Source of the DNA: the human T2T-CHM13v2.0 reference genome, Homo sapiens
Assembly: GCF_009914755.1 (NCBI RefSeq)
Contig: NC_060926.1
Strand: one strand, 5' to 3'
Length of the DNA stretch: 64,000 nucleotides
The notes under the pieces are model-generated. The model was given only the letters and a program-made list of their open reading frames with translations. It did not search any database and was not told the origin of the DNA. Positions within the stretch are counted from its first letter, which is position 1; every line of letters begins with the position of its first letter. Shown here in pieces: positions 53,788 to 64,000 of the stretch. A program made the translations under genes and the position numbers.

Positions 53788-53940
53788 GGCTGGGTGTGGT
53801 GGCTCACGACTATAATCCCAGCTATTAGGGAGGCTGAGGTGGGAGGGTTGTTTAATCATAGGAGTTTTATACCAGCCTGGGCAATATAGCAAGATCCCAT
53901 CTCTATATTTAAAATAAATAAAGAAAATCAAAAATCAAAG
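53788..53940 (+). mobile_element. FLAM (Alu monomer)
   Basis: Left monomer plus A-rich tail; TSD taaagcc(tt/aa)tcctg. Confidence 0.88.
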
Positions 53941-54186
53941 TAAAGCCAATCCTGGATATAATATTATTTCATCAGTAAATATTTCAATATATGCTTCTAA
54001 AAGAAGTCTGTATTTCATAAGTGCAAAAATATTACCACACTTGAAAAGTTAATAATAATTCCATAATCTCATCAAAGATCCCTGATGGTCTCATTAACAG
54101 TGTGTGTGCAGTTGGTTTGAAAGAATAATGATTCAAGTAGCATTAAAGCATTAACTATGTTTGCAATGCTTTTTAAACATACATGA

Positions 54187-54547
54187 TGATATGGTTTGAC
54201 TCTGTGTCCCTAGCCGAATTTCATATGGAATTGTAATACCTACATGTTGGAGGAGAGGCCTGGTGGGAGGTGATTGGATTATGGGGTGAATTTCCCCATA
54301 CTGCTGTCATGATAGTGAGTTCTGATGGTTAAAAAGTGTGTGGCACTTCCCTCCTCACTTTCTCTCCCATGCCACCATGTGAAGAAGGTCCTTGCTTTGC
54401 CTTCCATCATGACTGTATGTTTCCTGAGGCCTCCCAGTCATGCTTTCTGTTAAGTCTGAAGAACTGCGAGTCAATTAAACCTGTTTTCTTCATAAATTAC
54501 TCAGTTTTAGGTAGTTCCTAATAGCAATGTGAAAACAGAATAATACA
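54187..54547 (+). mobile_element. MSTA-like MaLR solo LTR
   Basis: tgatatggtttgactctgtgtccc...tttcctgaggcctcccag...attaaacct...taataca. Confidence 0.9.
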
Positions 54548-57532
54548 CAAAACAATGTTTATAAATACCACTCCCTCATCCTTTTTATTTTTATTTTTTT
54601 TGCAATTTAATGTTTGAGGAAATCAAGTTTTTGTTCCATCAAGTTTCACACATTCTGGAATTTGCTGATTGCATTTCTGTGTTTTCTTTTCATGGATTTC
54701 TCTGTCCCCTGTCTTTCCTATATATGTTTATAAGCTATTGAATGTATTATGGATTTTGTTGTGTATATATCTTTTATTTTGTCATATCAAAAGGAAAATA
54801 ATGTCTGCTTACACTCAGTGTTGCTAAAATTGTCAATGTGTTCAGGTATCGTCAACTTGATTCGTTTATTATAAACCTTCCCATTGAATGTTTTCAGCAA
54901 CCATTGCTAATTATTGCCTAATCCTTTATTTCCTTGGTGATTTCAAAACGTTTGTATCCTAAAACTATAATTACTTTATCATTATTAACTGGGATTTTTA
55001 AAATAACTTTCTCTCATCGACTATTTGGTTTCCCTAAAGTTCAGTTTCAACATTGTTTTAGTACTTTCACTGAATTCTACTTACGCACACTCTTTCCCTA
55101 TTTTTCTGCATACTCTTCTTATTTTCTCTGGAACTAATCCACATTTTAATGTATCTTTTTCCCTTTGGATAACAGCATTAAAACTCAGTTTCTTTCAATT
55201 AAAGCTCTACACTTTGGGAAAACTTAAAAATTTCCCATTGTGTTTAAATCAAAATAGTTTTTCTGTAGGGCAATCTAGCAAACTTTATAAAATTTTTAAT
55301 AAGCATAGCCTTAGAATAATTATACTAGAAGTAAATTATCCTAAGAAAATAATTGAAAAGTATGCACAAATATAAAGGCAAAGAAGTTCAAAATGGCATT
55401 ATTTATTATAGCAAAAATTACTGAAAACAATATAAATGTCCAACACTAGGCTAAGACATTATTATAACCATGGAAACCCATTAAAAATGGGATTGTAAAT
55501 GTATATTGACATGAACAGAATGAAGTATTGATTAATATAGACCTATATTAACATAAACACATATTGTGTTAAGAGCAAGTTATAAAACATTACATATAAT
55601 AAGATCCTATATTTATAAAAAGAATAATTTTATATGTATAGCTATAGATATATGTATAGAAAAAAATAAAAGACTATCCCTCAACTGATATGTGTGTTTG
55701 TCAACTTCTGGATGGTGGCTTTTGAATAATCTTTTCTTTCTACTTTATTTACTTTCATTAAGACTTAATTTTTTCACAATTAACAATAAAAATAAAATTA
55801 AAATTTTATCTTTTATAATTAGGGAAGTGTTTTCAATCAACAATTGTTTAATTGCCAAATTAAACTATCAATTTTCAATGTGGAAATAAAAAAAGATCCT
55901 TGTCACTTAAATGTAACACATACCACTGTATCTTCTTCTCTTAAATCTCATGGTACAGATTACAAACACATAAGTGGTTTTGCTATTACTATGAGCTCTA
56001 CAACCCAGCTTTTAAAATGGGAAGACTTGCTGCTTTTTATCATCTGTGAAATTGCTGATTTTACACTGAAGTGGCTGCTGGAAGCTTTTCACTGAAGGCT
56101 TGGTTTCTGAAACAGCAAACCTCTGCCACTGCTAATGGAGACTACATATGAAGCAATTTAATCTTTAGAACCACCCTCTGACATAAGTATTGATAACTTT
56201 ATTTTATAGGGAAGAAAAAACTTCATGTCATTCAGCTCCTAAGCAGGGCCGTGGACCCAGGGTTTTTTTACTGCAGTGTCCGTTCTTTACCTGCTTGACC
56301 ACTGCTTTTCCACCTCAGCTGCATTTCCTTCTTTTCTACCTTGAAAGTCCTACCTGACAAGCCTGTGTGACAATCACACAGAAAACATCTTACTTAATTC
56401 TCTATCACCATATGAGGCTGGAATAGATGACCTCATCCATCAATGTCTAAACTCTCATGGCATTAGCACACTTTCAGTCCCTGTGAAATAGGGGCGTACT
56501 ACCTCCCACCCCTGATCCTATGGAGTGAGACAGTAATAAACCGTAAGCTAAGCACACTGACTTGCTTTTGCTGCCTAAAAATAATGTTTCTCCATCAGTC
56601 ATATAGAGGAAGCACACCCCTCATTAAAATAAGAAGTTACTGACCTCAGGCATCTGTCTGGAAATACCCTATTCATGTAACCCAAGGAAATAAAGTTGAC
56701 AGGAAATCTGAAATGATTAATGCAATTGCAATAAATGGAAACAAATTTTTTGAAATTACAAATAGTAAAAACGTCAGCTACCTTTGGCAAGATAGGACAA
56801 GGTCCATTTTTTAATAAAAACTTTCTAAGACAAAACTTCAAAACATATATTTCTATATCATGCTGGCAAATCTTAAAGAAGTAAGAAATTTAAAATATGT
56901 TCATCCAGCTACAATGCATCATCTAATAGATGTAAAAGGCAGGGCATCAATCACATTAGGATAGAGAACTCTTCCTGCTTGTGAAAGGAGGAGAGGAGGA
57001 GACTGCGGTTGACTATGAACAAACATGACCTATGTCTGAACCGGGGGAATTGTAAACATGGGGCATGGAAGTGGAGGAATCAAAGTGGTATGGAAGGCCA
57101 AGTGCTGCCAAAGGTGACCTTCTGACTTTCATATAAGAAAATGTCCACTTTATATGACAACCTTGCAGTAAACTTACACACGCATATTGTGGAGTAAAGA
57201 AAAAAACTTGAATTGGAAGATGTGGATTTAAGCCTAACAACTTCTATGTCTCAAATTATTCCTTTAATCTCTGTGAGCTTCGTAAAATTGCCCCTTTTAT
57301 AAGATGGAAATGAAACATTCCATCTTCCTTACTCCAGGGAGTTGGAGATGACATGAGAACACACATGACAAACACTTGATCAAATATAAAAGCACTATAT
57401 TAACATGTCTGAATTTTTAGAATTGTTTGCCAATTATCACAACCCTATCTGTTGTCACTGCACACTCATCTAGCTGTTTCATAGATGAAACAAAGATGTT
57501 TCAACCAATGTAAGATCTTTGGTTAAAAAATA

Positions 57533-57661
57533 TTTTTTTTTAGAGACAAGGGCTTACTATGTGCCCAGGCTGGTCTCAAACTCACTCCTTGCTTGAAGTA
57601 GTCCTTTTGCTTTGGCTTCCCAAAGTATTGGGATTATTGGTGGGAACTACCATGCCCAGCC
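57533..57661 (-). mobile_element. FLAM / Alu left monomer
   Basis: tatgtgcccaggctggtctcaaactc...cccaaagtattgggatta. Confidence 0.85.
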
Positions 57662-58339
57662 CAAATGTGTTTTCAACACCTACCATGGCCCATACCCATT
57701 CTAGGTGCTGCCAATATATTAATAAACATAATAAAACTTTCTGTCCTCATGGAGTTAACATAACCAATCAGTGGAATCTAAACTTACGGATTACTAGATT
57801 TGTGAGAGATAATTCATGCAACTAAGTCTACTAGAAGCACACTATGTGTCAAGAACAATGATGAAGTAGAATATACTGACTGTTATTGTGGAGCTCATGG
57901 CTTAGAATGCTCTCTAGAGACTGTCAAGTTTAAGGTGAGTTACAATACAGCATAATACAGCACAGATAATACATACAGGAGGCAGATAACTCAGATTTGG
58001 AAGTCAGGAGGGTAACCTGAGAGCAGCGCTGCTCACGTTAGAAGTCAGAATGGCGGGAGGGGGCGGGAGGGTTGCAATTTTCACATTCTACTCTGTTTCC
58101 CGAGTATAGTGTTCCCTGGCTGGGGTATGTCCAGGGGAAAAAGACCTGAGATACAGAGGACCTAAGAATCACAGCACATGGAAAATGAAGAAAGAACTGA
58201 AGATATTCCACCTGGAAAATGAAAGACATAGAAAAATACCTAATTATAAATAAATTAAACTTATTTGGTATGATTCCAGAAAGCAAATTTCAATCTATGG
58301 CCAAGTAAAATTTTCCTAAAATCCCCACTCCTGCCTCTT

Positions 58340-58616
58340 CAATTGCTTCTGGGAATATCCATCCCTCACTATTTAACCAGCTAACATCTCCTCGTCTCCA
58401 TCTCAACATTCCTTTTCCCTCTCCCCTACTTGATTTTTCTCCATAGCACATAACAGTTTCTGACATACATAATGTTAACTTATTTATTATTAATCTGCTT
58501 TTTCCCCAAATAATATGTCTTGTAAAGACAAACATTTTACATGTTTTGTTGATTGCTATATTTCAACTTCCTAGAAGTGTGTCTGGCCCATAAATATTTG
58601 TTGAACAAATGAGTGA
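58340..58616 (+). mobile_element. L2 3' end
   Basis: ...cataaatatttgttgaacaaatgagtgaa. Confidence 0.7.
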
Positions 58617-59474
58617 AAGTTGTTCAGAATATGAAATGGGTTGCCACACAGAGCAGTCTTGCTGTCGAAGACAAAGGATAGTGGGCTTGTTTATTACAGT
58701 ATTAATGAGATGGGTAAGAAACAGAATTAAATGGACTTATATTTTTTTCTGATAGAAATATATAGACTTTTCCTTTTACACACCCAGTGGTGGGGAACTC
58801 ATTTCCTCAAGCAACTTGGGTAGATAACTCTATTTTGAAGTTTATTGTTAGGTTGAACCAAATTCTTCCACTTTGAAAAATAGATTTAGTGATCCTAATT
58901 TTAATATGATTTGATATTCAATATAAATATAGGCATAATCTCATTTAGTATCGAAAACTTGCCAAAAATGTAACTTCCACAAATCGTAGTCATAGTGCAA
59001 ATAGAAAAATAAGTTACATGATCTAGAACATTCCAGCTAAGATTATTCCTTCTGCTGTCCTTTCTGTAGTGCAAATGTTGAGAACTGCCTCTCTCAATAG
59101 ACTATCTCCTTACAAGACTGGCTTTCATTGACTCTCATGACACTGTGTCAGAACAATTGTTCTCTAGGAATATGATTTTAAATATATGGCATCCTGGCTT
59201 GGGAAACATCAGGAGATTATATACTTAGGAATTAACAGATTGTCTTCCCTGTGAATACTAATTTTCATAAGTTCAGTCTTTGTTGTATTCTTTGGGACAT
59301 GTATTTAATCTGCATAATGTAGCCTTATCACATGATTACTGGTTAAAGTACCAGAAAAGGAAGTTTACTCTTGGACAAAAACATAAATGGTTTCTCAGAA
59401 AAGAAACCTTAAATGGCCAGATTAACTTTACCATTCAATTTCTAATTTTTTTGACACCTCACTACTTCCTAAGG

Positions 59475-59512
59475 TTTTAATGTCAGCTTCCCCTTTTAAT
59501 GTCAGCTTCCCC
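59475..59512. repeat. Perfect 19-bp tandem duplication
   Basis: ttttaatgtcagcttcccc x2. Confidence 0.96.
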
Positions 59513-60113
59513 GTTTTCTTCCAGAGTTCCTGCTAGTATTTTGGTACTATTCTCAGAAATGGTGGTAACAGTAGCTAACAATACTAAATTGGCTATGACA
59601 GTTACTAACAAATATTAATGTTCCTAGTACTGTTCTGAATACTTCTTAAGTATGAAGTTACTTAATCTTACAAGCCCTTTGATTTAGGTTCTAATATTAT
59701 TCATATTTTATACTTAAAGAAACTGAAGTACAGAAATATTGAGTAAATCCAGGCAGTTTGGTTTGGGAGCTTGTGCTCATGGCTATAATGTTAGATCATG
59801 AAACTTTTCATTGGTTTCCATAAATTCATGTTTGTAAGGCTTTATTTAACTGTATATGCAAATAGTTTGGAGTAATCATCTAAGTCTACATTAAAAACTT
59901 TTGCTGAAAGAATAAGACATAACAAATGTAAAAATAAATCATTATTTGTTTGGAGTCCTGGTAAAGATATATAACTAAAGTGATCGAGGTTACTAATATG
60001 TCTTCATTGTTTTAAGTTTAACTTATAAAAAAATTATTTAGGAATCGATTTGTTGTAATCTCAATGTCTTGGAGCAGCAGTTCTCAAAACTTGTGAACTT
60101 CTTTCTGCTATAA

Positions 60114-60426
<313 letters not shown>

Positions 60427-60577
60427 TATAAAAATTATTGAGGACCCAAAAAACTTTTGCTTATATAGATAATATCTGTAGGTATTTATTGTATTTGAAG
60501 TTAAAACTGAGGATTTATTAAATATTTAGTTTTTAATTCATTTTTAAATAATAATATACCCATTATGCATTAACATA

Positions 60578-60690
60578 AATACATATGTACATGACATATG
60601 TACATGTACATATACATACATGTACACAGACATGTACACATGCATACATGTACATGTTTATGTAAATATATAAATACATAAATACATATT
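60578..60690. repeat. (CATGTA/CATA)n degenerate self-complementary repeat
   Basis: acatatgtacatgacatatgtacatgtacatatac... Confidence 0.88.
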
Positions 60691-61369
60691 TTTTACAAAA
60701 ATAACTACATTTGCCAAAATAAAGCTCTTTAGTTGCTGAAGGATCTCAAAATCACACTTTTGAGAACTTCCATCTTAGAATGACTGGCTAGGAAAAAAAA
60801 TGAAATAAACCCTAGGGCATTCTCTTAGATCATTACCTAAGCCCTAGATTCTCCTATTTTCAGTACTATTTTCCCCCAAAAAACATAACTTTCTATGATG
60901 CATCACATCATAGAAAAGGATTTTGGGAGAATTTGTCTCCTCTGAGTAGTTTTCTGTTCAAAAGATAATAACCTTAACAAATTCCCAAACTCATTTTTTT
61001 CTTTGAGAGGTATTGTTTTGGCACAAAGCATGAAAATAAATAAATGATGACAAATAGCATCATTTTTCAATTCGATTAAAGCATTTTGAGGTTAGTTGTG
61101 GAACTTCTTGATTTTTCTATGCAAGTGTAAAAGTCTATTACAGAACTGTGACTCTTTTCTATTCATATATTCCTCATATTATCTAATTTGCAACAACCAA
61201 TTTTCACTTGTCTTTCTCAAAGGGGAGCCTATAGAAACTCTGGACCCAAGGACTAAAGCAATGCTGTTTCAGTTTCCCAGGGATGCCTCGGACCTTTATC
61301 CCTTCTTCATACCTGCTGGATATCAGGCATTCTTGATACCTGCTGGAGGCAATTCATTCATTTAGGGAG

Positions 61370-61850
61370 AGAGAAATAAAGTCTTAGCCTTCAGCTGGGA
61401 AAGACTGAAAATAAACAAAGATATATTTCTAATGTTAGATACTAATAAAGCATATAAAAAAGAAAAGCAAGCTTTGGGGAAATAGAATGACTGAGAGGAT
61501 GTTTAGGTAAGGTGCTTAGTGAAGGCGTCATTGAGCAGATCACATTTGACCAGAGACCTTAATAAAGTAAGGGAGAGTCCATTATGGGACAAGATTAGTC
61601 TGGGCAGAGGTCATGGAAAATAGTAATTTCCTGAGGTCAGAAGAAACTTGACCTATTTGCTTTAGAGGAAATAGTGGGAGCAAGTGTGGTTAGTGCCAAA
61701 TACATGGTAGAGATTTAGAAGTAAAGGAGGGTGGCATAGCTCAGGGATAGATCATATAGGGCCTTGAACACCATAGGAAGTCATTCCAATTTTATGAGAG
61801 TGCAAAAAGCCATTGGCAGAGTATCTAGGAGGAGTGATCATCCTTTCAGA
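61370..61850 (-). mobile_element. L2 fragment
   Basis: gaaggcgtcattgagcagatcacatttgaccagagacct...agatcatatagggccttg. Confidence 0.7.
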
Positions 61851-63764
61851 TTTTTCTGATACAATCAACTTTCAATAGTGAGTCTTGTTCTTTCCTTTAT
61901 TTATGGCATCAAATTTAATGCCTACTGCATATTTTTGAAGCAGTGAGTGAATCAGTAAATCAATGAATAAGAGTTATTGGATTTTCTCTAATTTTTTTTG
62001 GGAGGATGTTCTGGAAAATACAGGAATTATTGTTTTGTGGGTGCATTTTTCCTATAGCAAACATAATACTGTCCACGACAATGTCATGCATTATTTGTCA
62101 AGTTAAATGTTTAAAAACATTTAATACTATTTTCTGAAAACAGAAACAGAAAGTCCATTAAATAATAAATTTCCTGGGCAACGTGATCTTTTTCAGTTTA
62201 TTTTTAGTAGTCTGAACTACCATGGTATCTGATATCTGAAGAAAACACTGTTTCTCTTACAAGAGAGAAAACCTTGTGTTGTAGTCATGGATTGAGAGCT
62301 GAAGTGTTGCAGCTCCCTATTTCTAGAACCTTCTGAACACATGTGAGTAAATCAGTTCAATCCTATGTGCTTCTGGTTATTTGTCTGTAAAATGATCCAC
62401 CTACTCCTTCTCCCAGCCCCCTCCCTATTTCTTTGTCCTACACGGTTGAAAAGAAGATAATTTATTGTCACTTAAACAATGTCTTAGATACGAACCCTCA
62501 ACTTTTCAAGCACCACCCAAATGCCAAAGACTCTTGATGTTTTGCGGAAGGAAGACAATCAGAGGTTTGGCTTAGAAAGTTTTCCTTCCTCTGGCTGAAG
62601 ATGAACTTCACAGCATTTTTCTCCACTTTGTACACGTAAGCCACATGAGTAATTTTCCTTTAAGTTGAACTACTGAATTTAAATAAAGATGAGTGTGTTT
62701 TTGTGTGAGTTATATGAGTGTGTGTGCCTGTGCGTAGTGTGTATGTGTGTGTGCACGTGTGTGTAGGGGGAGATTTGACCAACATGGGGAATGAATGCAA
62801 AGACATTGAATAACCAAGTTTCCAGCCACCTCTTAGTTAGCATAGCTTGATGTGGCTTACTTTCCAGAATAGTTGTGACTTGGTACTTTTTAGGAGCTAT
62901 TTGGACTGAAGCTCAGGGAATAACCAGATGACCATAATGTATCAAGAACTTCTCAGAAAAAGGTACTGTATAAATAAATGGCACTTTTATTATTCTAGTC
63001 TGCCTCCTTTGGCTATAGGTTTTGACATCAAACTGTGAAAGTCAGTAATACAGTTTCTGAAGAGCTGTTTTACTTTCTTTTTTTCTTTTTCTTCCTGTTC
63101 TCTAATATCTCTATTCTGTTTTCTGAAAATACTCAGCTATGCCTTGGCTGGGGATGATAAAACCCTTGTTCACCCAGTTTTCCTGATTGATATCTCCACA
63201 CAAGCTGATACACCCACCCGCCCTCACACACAATCAGACAGAGTCCATTACCATTTTTCTGAAAAACCAAACAAGTTACTTGTTTAAGGCAGTTCTACCT
63301 GTCATGGTGAGACAACTGTTATTTGAGCCTTAATTAGCAGAGTATTGGGCTGAACCATGTGTCTTTTGTGTCCTGTTTGCAGGTTAAACTCAATATGACC
63401 TTTACAGATCTAAAGGTCCTAACAAATTGCAATATGCAATCATTTTTGTATCTACAAACCCAAATATTTAAAAAATAACTATTTAAAGCAACATGAGTTA
63501 GCTAGTCAAATGTGCTGTCCATTTAAAAGTCTATGATTTTCTTTGGTAAAAAGCTCAGGTAGTTTTTTCACTGAGTTTTTTTCAGTAAAATATTCTATAA
63601 ATATGAGTGTATTTCTCTCTCCCTTCTGAAAAATCAATATCTGATGAGTTCCAAAATCTCTCATAGACCTAAGTTTTTAATTTGACTTTTATACTTTGAT
63701 AGACTTTCTGAAGGAAATTTATATCAATTTCCCTGGATGTTACATTTCATTTTCAACCACCTAA

Positions 63765-64000
<236 letters not shown>

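Larger units (their letters stand above)
53620..55130 (-). mobile_element. Old L1M fragment interrupted by a FLAM and an MST LTR
   Basis: aaatttcaaacatatgcaaagcagaaggaatag...aaccccatatacccatc is typical of an L1M 3' end in antisense. Confidence 0.6.

Overview
Human or great-ape genomic DNA from the 5' part of SLC8A1 (NCX1, Na+/Ca2+ exchanger 1), transcribed on the minus strand. The only real protein-coding sequence is the giant exon 2 (13466-15297, 1832 nt; ATG at 15273). It encodes the signal peptide, TM1-5 with the alpha-1 repeat, XIP, CBD1 and part of CBD2, and is the exon that back-splices into circSLC8A1. A CpG-island promoter with a non-coding first exon lies at about 36.9-37.5 kb, and a second candidate first exon at about 38.4 kb. 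The rest is intron with Alus, L1, L2, MIR, MaLR LTRs, hAT/mariner MITEs and microsatellites. Most interesting: (1) a non-Alu reverse-complementary clamp around exon 2, made of a (UG)n tract 20 nt after the donor and a (CA)n tract 2.1 kb before the acceptor, with complementarity extending into unique flanks; (2) a CAG-TAG tandem acceptor whose TAG is an in-frame stop, so acceptor choice changes the circle's C-terminus and opens or closes the frame into both candidate first exons; (3) a strong-Kozak 6-codon uORF in the first exon; (4) a 5'-inverted L1PA3-like insertion with a 32-nt 3' transduction nested in an older L1. All functional claims are hypotheses from sequence reading only.
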